Shown piece by piece: positions 10,091-19,719 of a stretch of 64,000 nucleotides of DNA. The notes beneath the pieces are model-generated. The model was not told the DNA's origin and ran no database searches. It saw nothing but the letters and a program-made list of their open reading frames with translations. Made by a program: the position numbers and the translations under genes. This DNA comes from a bacterium (GTDB lineage Bacteria; JADJOY01): assembly GCA_046331705.1 (NCBI GenBank), contig JAXLQJ010000017.1, forward strand, positions 1-64,000, given 5' to 3'. Within the stretch, counting starts at the first letter, position 1; the number at the start of each line of letters is the position of its first letter.

Positions 10091-10639
10091 TCACCGCAGC
10101 GCCAGCACCAAGCCCGCGAGGAAGGCGACGATACCGAGCGCCAGCGCGGCGACGATCGCCCCATCCGTGCGCGAGCGCGGTGGCGCACCGTACGCGAAGC
10201 CCACCTCGACGAGCGTTCCGCTGCTCGCGTCGAGGTGAAAGAGCGGCACGCCCTCGAAGACCAACGAGTATTCGAGAAGCTGGCGACGAGTCTCGTTCTC
10301 CGCGGGCGAACGCTGCGCGGCACCGCTCTTCACCTCGACCAGCGCGAGCTCGCCGCGACGGCGCACGAGGTAATCGGCCCGCACGGGGCATTCGACGCGC
10401 TCGCCCTCGACGTACACGTGTGCCGCCGCGGCCACCTGGGCGTCGACGACCTCGAAGCCGAGCGCTTCGAGGGTGTGGACCGCATCGCTCTCGGCCACCC
10501 GTCCGGCACGGAAACGGGCGCGAAGCCGCGCGCGGCCGCGCCGCCGCTCGGCCCGCGCGCCGAGCCACGCACCGAGCGCCACCCCGACGAGCGCGGCCCC
10601 GCCGGCGACCAGCAGCTGGCGCAGGTCGGGGTGGAGCAC
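10091..10639 (-). CDS. Membrane-anchored YraN-like/PD-(D/E)XK-fold protein
   Basis: N- and C-terminal hydrophobic helices flank GRVAE...LEALGFEVV...RADYLV...LVEVKSG. Confidence 0.65.
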   Translation of the reverse strand: MLHPDLRQLLVAGGAALVGVALGAWLGARAERRRGRARLRARFRAGRVAESDAVHTLEALGFEVVDAQVAAAAHVYVEGERVECPVRADYLVRRRGELALVEVKSGAAQRSPAENETRRQLLEYSLVFEGVPLFHLDASSGTLVEVGFAYGAPPRSRTDGAIVAALALGIVAFLAGLVLALR

Positions 10640-10654
10640 GCCAGAGCCACGAGC

Positions 10655-12253
10655 TCAGTAGAGCTGCGTGGTGATCACGTTCGCGTACTGAGCGGCCATG
10701 AGATCGTAGCCGATGGCGTTGGGGTGCAGCCCATCGTAGAGCACGTAGGGCAGGCCGCCCGGGGTCACCTCGAACACGTCCTCGATGTCCACCAGCGCGC
10801 AGCCGGTGTCCTGCGCGACCGAGACCAGCGCGGCGTCGTACTCGTCGATCAGCGCGTTGCGCACGTCCTCCGGCGGGCCAAACCGCCCGCAACACACGTG
10901 CGTCACGTTCCCGACGATCGCCTTGGCGCCGGCGGCTTGGACCCGACGCACGATGAACTTGATGTTCTCGGCGAAATCGTGGACCGTCGTTCCGTTGAGG
11001 CTGTCGTTCGCGCCCCACTGGATGATCACGACGTCCGGATGGGTCGCGCTGACGTCGGTGTCGATCTTGTCCACTCCGTCGCCCGACTCGGTGCTGGGGC
11101 GGCCGCGGTTGAACACGTCGTCACGCGAGATGCCGAGGCGATCCGCCAGACGCGGTAGGTAGCCGGCCTCGTCGGGGCGGCTGTCGTAGAGGGGATCGCC
11201 CACGCCCGCCGTGATGGAATCGCCCACGCCGGTGATCCGGCTTCCGGGCACCACGCCGTTGCAGTTGTGATCGACGGGCTGACCGAAGACCTCGACGGCG
11301 CCCGGGAAGATGCTCGCGTCCGAATCGTTGCAGTCGGGCCCTGGATCGGAGCCGCCGACGAAGTGCAGGAACGAGTCGCCGTCGTCGTCGTTCGCCTGGA
11401 TCCCGTCGCAATCGTTGTCGATGCCGTCGCTCAGGATCTCCTCGGCATTCGGGTTGATGCTCGGGTCACCGTCGTTGCAGTCGGTGCCGCCGGGAAAAGC
11501 GGCGCTGGGGAATCGGTCGCCGTCCTCGTCGGGGATGTCGAAGCCGTCGCAATTCTCGTCGACGCCGTCGGCGCCGATCTCCGTCGCCAGCGGCGAGATG
11601 CTGGGGTCGGAATCGTTGCAATCGAGCGGCGTCGCCACCCGGTCGCCGTCGGCGTCGATGGAGAAATCCGAGATCGGCTGGTAATTGAGCAGCTCCTGGC
11701 CGTCGAAGATCGCCACGCGATCGACCACCGCCGCGAACTTGCCGCGCTCGGAGGTCGCGAAATGCACGAGATTGCCTTCCACGGTGGGCGCGCCGAGCAA
11801 GGCGCGCGCATCGACCAGCACGTGCATCCCGCCGCGCGTGGTGACGAAGATCTGCTCCTCGCCGGCGTTGTAGACGAGATCGAAGACCTCCTCGGGCGCG
11901 ATCACGAGATCGAAGGATCCTTTGGTGGGTCCGCGCACGATCGAGAAGGGGTCGGGTAGCGGCGGCAGCGCGCCCGCGTCGTATGCGATCGTGGCGTCCG
12001 GGCTGGCCCCGAATGCGAGCGCCAGGGCGAGCGGTCCGAGCTGGGCGCCGTGGCCCGTGGTCGCCACGTGGCCGTCGTCCTCGATGGTCGCGAAGCGCAC
12101 GTCGCCGGCGAGATAGACGGGAACGTGGCCCGGCCCCGCGCTGCCGCCACCGCCACTCGATCCGCAGCCCGCCAGCACGGCGAGCGCGGCAACGACCCAC
12201 GGCGCTGGACGACCGCGCCCCACGAACGAAGTCCCTCGCGTGATCGACCGCAT
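10655..12253 (-). CDS. Lipoprotein with three putative metal-binding (DCND...P.A.E...D.NC.G) repeats and a C-terminal SGNH/GDSL hydrolase
   Basis: Lipobox LAGC; repeats DCNDSDPSISPLATE, DCNDGDPSINPNAEE, DCNDSDASIFPGAVE; GDSIT, WGAND, DGLHPN. Confidence 0.85.
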   Translation of the reverse strand: MRSITRGTSFVGRGRPAPWVVAALAVLAGCGSSGGGGSAGPGHVPVYLAGDVRFATIEDDGHVATTGHGAQLGPLALALAFGASPDATIAYDAGALPPLPDPFSIVRGPTKGSFDLVIAPEEVFDLVYNAGEEQIFVTTRGGMHVLVDARALLGAPTVEGNLVHFATSERGKFAAVVDRVAIFDGQELLNYQPISDFSIDADGDRVATPLDCNDSDPSISPLATEIGADGVDENCDGFDIPDEDGDRFPSAAFPGGTDCNDGDPSINPNAEEILSDGIDNDCDGIQANDDDGDSFLHFVGGSDPGPDCNDSDASIFPGAVEVFGQPVDHNCNGVVPGSRITGVGDSITAGVGDPLYDSRPDEAGYLPRLADRLGISRDDVFNRGRPSTESGDGVDKIDTDVSATHPDVVIIQWGANDSLNGTTVHDFAENIKFIVRRVQAAGAKAIVGNVTHVCCGRFGPPEDVRNALIDEYDAALVSVAQDTGCALVDIEDVFEVTPGGLPYVLYDGLHPNAIGYDLMAAQYANVITTQLY

Positions 12254-12447
12254 CGAATTCCTCGTAGGAATCCGGCGCCGCCAGAGGATTCCGGCGCCGA
12301 AAATGGAACAGGGGGCGCGCAGAATAACAACAAGACACCCAACCGGCACGCGCAAACGCGCTTTCCACCCGGCGCGCGCCGTGGCTACCCTCGCGCGCGC
12401 CGGCTCTGCGCTGCACGGCTCGCGCAAGCCGTCCGGGGAGGAATTCC

Positions 12448-13461
12448 ATGTCCGATGCTGCCGAGCGCAAGCCTCGCCTGGCGTGGGCGCTGGTCGCCGT
12501 CGCGGTCGTGCTGAGCGCTGGCGCGCTCACGTATCGAATCGCTCGCCGCGCTCCCACGGGCGAGACCACCCAGAAATCCGAGGAGGATTGCGAGAAGGTC
12601 GAGAAGGCCTGCCCGATCGACACCGGGGCGTTCCAGGCTCCGGTGGTCGAGGTTCCGCCGCCGGCCCCCGCGCCAGCGGCATCCGCGGCGCCCACCGCCG
12701 CGGCCCCCAGCGACTCGGAGAGCGCCCGCCGCAAGCTCGAGCAAGTGCTCGCGAGCCCCGGGTTCCAGCAAGTGCTCGCACGTCAGGTCCACACCCAGCT
12801 CGAGGAGATCGACGGCGCCGTGCACCTCGACCCGACCCAGAAGACCAAGCTGGGCGAGCTGCTTTCGCGCCAGGCCCAAGCTGGCGTGGCCATGGGTGCC
12901 GCCGTCCTCGGCGCCGGCGACGCGGCGGCGGGAAAGGACGACGTGTTCGCGATCCAGCGCGAGATCGATGCGCTGCTCACCCCGGCGCAGCGCAAGGACT
13001 ACGACGCGTGGAAGCGTGCCAGATCCGAGCAAGCCCGTGAGCGGCAGCGCGACGCCGACGAGCGCAAGCTGGTCGACTCGCTCGGGCTCGATCCCGCGCA
13101 GCGCGACGAGGTCGCGAAGCTCGTCTCCGAATCGAGGTTCCAGCCGAGCCCCCACCTGAGCGACGCGGATCGCGAGTCCCTCGCTCAGAGCAAGCTGGGC
13201 AGCCGCGAGCGCGAGGCCGCCCTCGAGCGCTTGCTGAGTCAGGAGGTCGAGGACCCCGAGCTCACGGCGAAGCTCACCAGCGTGCTTCGTCCCGAGCAGA
13301 TGGATCGCTACCGGCAATACCTGGAAGCCAAGCGCAAGCAGCGCGACCAGCTGCGCACGATGTTCACGGCGCCGCGTCCGCCGTCGACCGCATCGAACGG
13401 TGCGCCACCGGTCGCCCCACCGGTCGCGCCGCAGCCCCGCCCGTCGTCGCCCCACGAGTAG
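12448..13461 (+). CDS. Membrane-anchored helical protein with four LTxxQ-like (Spy/CpxP-type) motifs
   Basis: GGGGAGG RBS, N-terminal TM, Pro/Ala linker, motifs LDPTQ, LTPAQ, LDPAQ, LRPEQ. Confidence 0.65.
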   Translation: MSDAAERKPRLAWALVAVAVVLSAGALTYRIARRAPTGETTQKSEEDCEKVEKACPIDTGAFQAPVVEVPPPAPAPAASAAPTAAAPSDSESARRKLEQVLASPGFQQVLARQVHTQLEEIDGAVHLDPTQKTKLGELLSRQAQAGVAMGAAVLGAGDAAAGKDDVFAIQREIDALLTPAQRKDYDAWKRARSEQARERQRDADERKLVDSLGLDPAQRDEVAKLVSESRFQPSPHLSDADRESLAQSKLGSREREAALERLLSQEVEDPELTAKLTSVLRPEQMDRYRQYLEAKRKQRDQLRTMFTAPRPPSTASNGAPPVAPPVAPQPRPSSPHE

Positions 13462-13583
13462 CCGCCCGTAGCCGCCCCTCGACTGGCGCGATCGGAGCGC
13501 CGCTGATACCGTCCGCGTTCGGGAGCCGACCGGCTGGCCGCGCCGCGCCTTCCCCCACCCGCCCGCGGCACGCCCGATCCAAC

Positions 13584-14990
13584 GTGACCGCCGAACCACG
13601 TTCGATCCTGCTGGTGAACCCGTCGCTCTGGGCGGGGTACCGCGGGACGTGGCTCGCCCCGTTCGTGGAGCTGCTGCCGCCGCAGAATCTGCTGGCGGTC
13701 GCCGCGCCGCTGCGTGAGGCGGGCCATCGCGTGGCGGTGCTGGATCTCTCGCTCGAGTCGTCGCCGAACGCGGCGCTCGGTGAGGCGCTGGAACGGCATC
13801 GGCCCGATTGCGTCGGCCTCACGTTCCTCTCGCCGCAAGAACGCGACGTGGCGCCGTTGGTGCGCACGATCCGCGAGCGGCGACCGCGCGCGAGCCTGTG
13901 GCTGGGGGGAGTCGGCCCCACCGTCGATCCCGAGGGGGTCGCACGGCGGCTCGCTCCCGAGGGGATCGCCATCGGCGAAGCCGACGATGCGCTGGTGCGC
14001 GTGCTCGCCGCCGCCCAGGACGCGCCGCCGCCCGCGGGCACCGCGCGGGTTCGCGACGGCGCGCTGGTGGCCGGCGACATCCAGCCCTTGCGCGACGATC
14101 TCGACCAGCTGCCGCTACCCGCCCTCGATCTGGTTCGCGCCCTCGACTACCGCCGCGGACGGCGTGGCGCGGCGGCCCCGATCGAGACCTCGCGCGGCTG
14201 CGTGTACCTCTGCACCTTCTGCACGAAGGCGGTCTTCGGCGGCCGTTTCCGCGTGAAGTCGCCGGCGCGCGTCGTCGAGGAGATGGTGCGGATCCGCGAC
14301 CTCGGCTACGCGGAGGCCGTGGTCTACGACGACACGTTCAACCTGTCGATGCGGCGCGCCCGCGAGGTCGCGGATCACCTGATCGCGGCAGGAGCACCGT
14401 TGCCGTGGAATTGCCGCGTCGGCATCCGGGCCGACCGCGTCGACGCCGACCTGCTCGCCCGCATGCGCGCCGCCGGCTGCTATCGGGTGTCGTTCGGCGT
14501 CGAGAGCGGCACCCAGGCCGTGCTCGACTCGACCCGGAAAGGAACCGAGGCGAACGAGGTGCTGCACGCCTTCGAGCTGGCGAAGCGCGCCGGCATCCAG
14601 ACGATGGCGTTCTACATCCTCGGCCTGCCGACCGACACGCCGGCGACGCTGCGCGAGACCGCGCGCTACGCCCGCACCGTCGCGTCGACCTTCGCCAAGT
14701 TCAACGTGTTCATGCCGCTTCCCTCGACACCCGACTGGGACGAGCTCGCGCGGCGCGGTCTGCTCGCCGCCGACGCCGCCGCGCGCCTCAATTTCCACCG
14801 CGTCGGCGAGGGCTGGCGGCACCCGAACCTGAGCCCACGCCAGATCCGTGCGGCCCATCGGCGCGCGTTCCTCGCGTTCTACGCCCATCCTCGTCGGCTG
14901 GCGCGAGCGGCGCGGGCGTGGTGGCGCGGGCCGCGGCGGGCGCACGTGGTGGCGGCACCCCGGCCCGCGCCGATCCCCGCGATCGCCTGA
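13584..14990 (+). CDS. B12-binding domain radical SAM protein
   Basis: ETSRGCVYLCTFC, YDDTF, FGVESG; N-terminal cobalamin-binding-type domain. Confidence 0.9.
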   Translation: MTAEPRSILLVNPSLWAGYRGTWLAPFVELLPPQNLLAVAAPLREAGHRVAVLDLSLESSPNAALGEALERHRPDCVGLTFLSPQERDVAPLVRTIRERRPRASLWLGGVGPTVDPEGVARRLAPEGIAIGEADDALVRVLAAAQDAPPPAGTARVRDGALVAGDIQPLRDDLDQLPLPALDLVRALDYRRGRRGAAAPIETSRGCVYLCTFCTKAVFGGRFRVKSPARVVEEMVRIRDLGYAEAVVYDDTFNLSMRRAREVADHLIAAGAPLPWNCRVGIRADRVDADLLARMRAAGCYRVSFGVESGTQAVLDSTRKGTEANEVLHAFELAKRAGIQTMAFYILGLPTDTPATLRETARYARTVASTFAKFNVFMPLPSTPDWDELARRGLLAADAAARLNFHRVGEGWRHPNLSPRQIRAAHRRAFLAFYAHPRRLARAARAWWRGPRRAHVVAAPRPAPIPAIA

Positions 14991-15098
14991 ACGCCGAGGC
15001 GTGCGGCTTCCCGCGCCCGAGTCCCGACGCGTCGTCGCGGCGCCGACTCTCCTTTACAGCACACGCGAGACGCGCGGAATCTCCCAGTACCCCGTGGG

Positions 15099-16544
15099 TC
15101 ACGGGTCGGCGCGTCGGGCTCGCCACCCCTCGGTGAAGCGGATGCGCAAGACGCCGCATCCGTCGCCGACGTAGAGCGCCTGCGTCACGTCGTCGAAGAC
15201 GAGCCCGCGCACGAGGTCGCAGGTGGGAACGCGAGCGAGCGTCTCGAACGTCCTCGCGTCGAGGAGCAATAGCTTCCAGCCCTGATAGGTGCCCACCGCG
15301 ATCAAGTCCAGCGGCGCCACGAACTCGACCGATCGCGGGAGCCCCGGCGTCAGCAGGTTCGCGACCACCTCGTGCCGATCACGATCGATCACCGAGAGCG
15401 CGTTCGCCGCGCCGCGCGCGAGATAGATGCGCGGGCGAGTGGGATCCAGCGTGAAACCCCAATGCCAGGGCGGCACACCGATCGTGCGCCTGGCCCCGGT
15501 ATCGAGGTCGAGCTCGGCCATGAAGCGCGCGTAGAACTCACCTCGGCAGAAGAGACGTCGCGGGTTGTGGGGATCCAGAAACGCTTCCTCGAGAATCGGC
15601 ACCTCGGGGACGGAGTAGTGCCGTGCCCTTCCCAACCCTTCCGCGAGAAACTCGTCGACAGGGACGGCGAGGATCTCGGACTTGTTTCGGTTCACGATGT
15701 AGAGCTGTGAGGTGCTCGGGTCGTACACGGACTTGAACACGGCCTGAACCATGAATCGCCTCTCGAACCAGCTCTCGCGATCGAAGCCCTCCTCGACCCG
15801 CTCGCGTGACTCAAGCGTCACGGGGTCGATGAACAGCGACACGCTTTGCACGCTGTCCGGTCCCCCAGACTCGTGCACCACCACCACGCCTCGGTCCGGG
15901 AGGATGGTTGCGGACTCGGGTTTGCTGGTGGGGCGCGGCACGAACCGCACCCGTGGCGGCTCGGTGGCCAGGTCGATGAGCGAGAGGCCGGGTGTGCCGA
16001 GATCGCTCTGGCCGATGTGGCCGTGAAGCACCACCAAGAGTGGGTCGCCCGGCGCCTTGCCGAATCGCAAGGTGGTGTTGCCGGACAGAATCCGGTCGAC
16101 GATCAGGCCATCGGTGCCCGCCGGCGCGATACCTGCGGGCAGGTAGCCGAGCCCCAGGACCGTGAAGCCGACGCTCAGCATCGCGAGCAACAGGATTCCT
16201 AGCCGGGGATTGCCGCCGATCAGCGGTCGATCGAGGAAATACCGCAGGCTCGTCGTGAGGGGCTCTCCGGGCAGCCAGCGGGTGCGCAGGTGGAGCGCGA
16301 CCACGGTCGCGACCACGATGGCGGTGGTCGCCGGCCCGCCCAGCGCTGCGTAGAGGAGGAACGTGGCGGGCGCCGCAACCGCGAGCATCACACCTGCGGC
16401 CACCACGTTGCGGATGACGCGGGCAATCCGTCGGGCCGTCAACTCGGTGGCCCCGGGTGCCGACGAACGATCGCCCGCGAGCCGGAGGGCGCGAGACGTG
16501 TTCCTCGTGGCTGCTGGTCGACGATCATCGGAAGCCCGTCGCAC
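15099..16544 (-). CDS. Membrane protein with a YncE-like beta-propeller C-terminal domain
   Basis: Three hydrophobic segments, then blade-like repeats (YDPSTSQLYIVN, LDPTRPRIYLA, FDDVTQALYVGD). Start uncertain. Confidence 0.65.
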   Translation of the reverse strand: MRRASDDRRPAATRNTSRALRLAGDRSSAPGATELTARRIARVIRNVVAAGVMLAVAAPATFLLYAALGGPATTAIVVATVVALHLRTRWLPGEPLTTSLRYFLDRPLIGGNPRLGILLLAMLSVGFTVLGLGYLPAGIAPAGTDGLIVDRILSGNTTLRFGKAPGDPLLVVLHGHIGQSDLGTPGLSLIDLATEPPRVRFVPRPTSKPESATILPDRGVVVVHESGGPDSVQSVSLFIDPVTLESRERVEEGFDRESWFERRFMVQAVFKSVYDPSTSQLYIVNRNKSEILAVPVDEFLAEGLGRARHYSVPEVPILEEAFLDPHNPRRLFCRGEFYARFMAELDLDTGARRTIGVPPWHWGFTLDPTRPRIYLARGAANALSVIDRDRHEVVANLLTPGLPRSVEFVAPLDLIAVGTYQGWKLLLLDARTFETLARVPTCDLVRGLVFDDVTQALYVGDGCGVLRIRFTEGWRARRADP

Positions 16545-17190
16545 GGCTTGCCCGGTGATGAACGCACGAACGACCGAGCGCTAGGCACGGAGCGGCCGGC
16601 ACCGCTCGAGATTCGCCGCGCTCCGGGGTGATCCATCGGGCACCATCTCGCTCGAAGAACCAGGTGCGGTCCGCGTCTCGTTCCATCCGACTCAGGCAAC
16701 GATGGGAATTCCATCGCAGCATACTGTGGGGGCGGTAGCTGGTGCTTCGGTTCGCGAGGCCCCGAGGGGATCGCGTCGCGGGCAGGCTGGCTGCGGCCAG
16801 CGCGCTGCTCGCCCGCCTTCGAGGGCAGGCGCTGGCGCCATTCTCGCGCCGCGCCCACCGTCGTGCAGTGGCTGAGATCGAGCGCGTTCGCGGACACGAG
16901 CTTCGGGTCTCATCCGTGTTCCGCTGGACACGGGCGCTTCGCGGTCCCTCCCCCACGCCGGAGGCTCTCGGCACGTCCGTACACGGGATTCCGGTGTTCC
17001 CCACCCGCACGACACCGCCTCCCGCCCCACGACTCCGCCCGATCCGCGAGCCCATCCGGTGTCCGGGATCCCGCGGCGCCGGATCGTGGAATCGCCGCGC
17101 GACGGTGGCGTCACGGTGACGCCTGTGTGTAGCCTGGATGGATCGCGTGGGACGCCGCGGTGGCGTCTCGCGAGCTCGTCCGAGGTGCGA

Positions 17191-18411
17191 ATGCTCCGCG
17201 AAGGTCGCTGGCTGCTGGCAGGAATCGCCGTGCTCGTTCTGGGGGCGCAACCGTGCAATCCCACGCCGCCGTGCACCACCGACTCGGACGGCGACGGAGT
17301 GTGCGAGCTCAGTGACGTCTGCCCGGGCGCCGACGATCACGTGGACACCGATCTCGACGGCGTGCCGGACGCCTGCGATGCCTGTCCGGCCGCGCTCGGC
17401 GGCGACGCCGACCACGACGGGGTCTGCGACGCGATCGATCCGTGCCCCCTCGACTCGCCCGACGACGCCGACTCGAGCGGCACCTGCGACTCGGCGGATC
17501 GCTACCCGGGTGACAGCGACATCCGCCTCGATGCGCTGCAGGTCCGCGGCACGCACAACAGCTACCACGTACAGCCGCTGGTGATCTTCGACCCCAGCCA
17601 CGGCTACACCCAGGCGCCCCTGCCGGTGCAGCTCGGCGATCAGGGTGTGCGCGCGTTCGAGATCGACATCCACCGCCACGAGGACGGGTTCCGCGTCTAC
17701 CATTTGCTCGCCGTGGACGCGATCAGCACGTGCTACAGCCTGGTCGACTGCCTCACGGCGATCCGCGACTGGTCCGACGCCCATCGCGACCACGCGCCGA
17801 TCCAGATCTGGATCGAGGTGAAGGACGACGTCGGCGGCTTCCCGGTCGACGACCTGGCACCCGTCGACACGCTCATCCGCGGCGTCTTCGGCGACGATCG
17901 GCTCTTCACACCGGACGACTTGCAGGCGAGCCACGCATCGCCCCGCGAAGCCGTCGAGACCGCGGGCTGGCCCACGCTCGCCGAGCTTCGCGGCAAGGTG
18001 CTGTTCCTGCTGCTCGAGAGCGGCGCGCTGCGCGACAGCTACACGAGCGGCGGGACGTCGCTCGCGGGGCGGGTGATGTTCGTGACCGCGGACGCGAATC
18101 AGTTCGCGGCGCCCTGGGCGGTCGTGTCCAAGATCAACGACCCCGCCGATCCGGACGTCGCCCTCGCGCACGCCGCGCGCGTGCTGGTCGCGAGCAACAG
18201 CTGCGGCGCGGGAACGGCGACTCCCGATTGCGAGGCCTCGCGCGCTGCCGGGCTCGCCAACGGTGTGCAGATGCTGATGGACGATTTCCCGGCGCCGGTC
18301 GCGAGCCGCCCCGATTGGTTGCAGATCCCGGGCGGTACGCCGGCGCGCTGCAACCCCGTCACGGGCACCGCCGCGTGCACGCCGGAAGGGATCGAGAATC
18401 TCGCCCCCTGA
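17191..18411 (+). CDS. Secreted Ca-dependent PI-PLC-like phosphodiesterase with N-terminal thrombospondin type-3-like repeats
   Basis: GAGGT RBS; DSDGDGVC, DTDLDGVPDACDAC repeats; GTHNSYH, QLGDQGVRAFEIDIH, WIEVKD, WPTLAELRGK. Confidence 0.85.
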   Translation: MLREGRWLLAGIAVLVLGAQPCNPTPPCTTDSDGDGVCELSDVCPGADDHVDTDLDGVPDACDACPAALGGDADHDGVCDAIDPCPLDSPDDADSSGTCDSADRYPGDSDIRLDALQVRGTHNSYHVQPLVIFDPSHGYTQAPLPVQLGDQGVRAFEIDIHRHEDGFRVYHLLAVDAISTCYSLVDCLTAIRDWSDAHRDHAPIQIWIEVKDDVGGFPVDDLAPVDTLIRGVFGDDRLFTPDDLQASHASPREAVETAGWPTLAELRGKVLFLLLESGALRDSYTSGGTSLAGRVMFVTADANQFAAPWAVVSKINDPADPDVALAHAARVLVASNSCGAGTATPDCEASRAAGLANGVQMLMDDFPAPVASRPDWLQIPGGTPARCNPVTGTAACTPEGIENLAP

Positions 18412-18434
18412 GCCCGGGGCCTGAAGGCACGGCG

Positions 18435-19112
18435 CTACGCTTCGCCCGCGCCCTCGAGCCGTTCGAGCTCGGCGCGAATGGCGTCGACGGACGCGCCGCC
18501 GCTCGACGCAGCGGGCAGCCGTTCCATCCACCGCCAGATGCGCGCGCCGCGCCGGACCGCCTCCGCGACGAAAGGCGGGCGCGGCGCCGGTGCGCCTCCC
18601 GTGCCGCCACGCTCCCGGACCTTGGCGATCACGCGCTCGACGGCGCGCGGCAGGTCGTCGACGCGATCGATCGTGGCACCGCCGCACGCCAGCCCCGTCA
18701 CCATGCTGTTGTCCTCGCCGTGGAACGGGCTGCGATCGTCGCGCTTGTAGATCACCAGCGGCTTGCCCGACGCCCAGGCGAGCGCGGTCTCGGCCACCGC
18801 CCCTTCGTCCGGAACGCGCCCGTTCATGTTGAAGACGAGCGCGTCGCAGCGCTCGAGGCATTGGTAGACGTCGAGGGCGAAGATCGCGCTGCCGAACGCG
18901 CCGCGCAGGCGGCTGAGCGGCCAGGCGCCAGCCAGTGGATGGCCAGCGTGACGCAACACGTAGGCCTCCAGGCCGTCGCGATGGGGAAGAAACGTGCGGT
19001 AACCGCCGCGCTCCAGCACCGCGGCGATGTGCGCCATCGCCGCGATCTCCTCGGGCGAGAAGAGCGGCCCCGAGCAATAGACCAGCGGCCCCGGGATCGA
19101 GGGCGAGCTCAC
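18435..19112 (-). CDS. Nucleoside 2-deoxyribosyltransferase family protein
   Basis: VYCSGPLFS, TFLPHRDG, DVYQCLERCDALV, PDEGAVAETALAWASGKP, NSMV. Confidence 0.85.
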   Translation of the reverse strand: MSSPSIPGPLVYCSGPLFSPEEIAAMAHIAAVLERGGYRTFLPHRDGLEAYVLRHAGHPLAGAWPLSRLRGAFGSAIFALDVYQCLERCDALVFNMNGRVPDEGAVAETALAWASGKPLVIYKRDDRSPFHGEDNSMVTGLACGGATIDRVDDLPRAVERVIAKVRERGGTGGAPAPRPPFVAEAVRRGARIWRWMERLPAASSGGASVDAIRAELERLEGAGEA

Positions 19113-19179
19113 GGATGGGGCCGGTCAGCAGCCTCACGGCGCCTGGCGGTTCGAGCGCCGCGAGGCCGACGCGGGAGCA

Positions 19180-19719
19180 TCATTTCCGTTCGCGGATGTC
19201 GACGTTCTCGCTCTTGTCCTTGTAGACGCACGTGCGGTCGTACTCCTGGCCCTTCCACCGCACCCGGATGTCCGACTCCCACACGTCCGGCTTGACCTCC
19301 TGGAACGGGCTCCAGCGCAGCACCTCGATCTTGTCCGAGGCCGCCTTGGACTCGCACGCCTGCTTCGCGCGCTCGCGCGTCGCGACCTGATTGCCCACCT
19401 CGGCGAGCCCGCCCTGCCCCGGGTTCTCGCTGATGTCGACCGACTTCTTGTTCGCGTTGTACTTGCAGACCCGCTGGTAGGGCGAGCCCTTGTACTGGAC
19501 GATCACGTCCGCCTCGAACTGACCCTGGCTCGTCTCTCGGATGCCGTGCCAGTTGGTGATCTCCATCTTCTCCGCGCGCGCCTTGGCGTTGCACGCATCC
19601 TGAACCTGCGAGCGCTCGGCGGGATTCACGTCGGCGAACTGACGGAATCCTCCCGCGCCGGCGCAGGCCGGCAATGCGAGCATCGCCACACCGAATCCGA
19701 TCGCAGCTGCCCATCGCAT
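19180..19719 (-). CDS. Hypothetical lipoprotein made of two tandem ~60-aa domains
   Basis: AAGGAG RBS, lipobox-like LPAC, internal duplication with two conserved Cys per repeat. Confidence 0.75.
   Translation of the reverse strand: MRWAAAIGFGVAMLALPACAGAGGFRQFADVNPAERSQVQDACNAKARAEKMEITNWHGIRETSQGQFEADVIVQYKGSPYQRVCKYNANKKSVDISENPGQGGLAEVGNQVATRERAKQACESKAASDKIEVLRWSPFQEVKPDVWESDIRVRWKGQEYDRTCVYKDKSENVDIRERK

Noticed and set aside
16545-17190. ORFs and a near-palindrome (CGATGG-GAATT-CCATCG) in a ~650-bp gap
   Set aside because: No recognisable protein or RNA motif; treated as a divergent intergenic region
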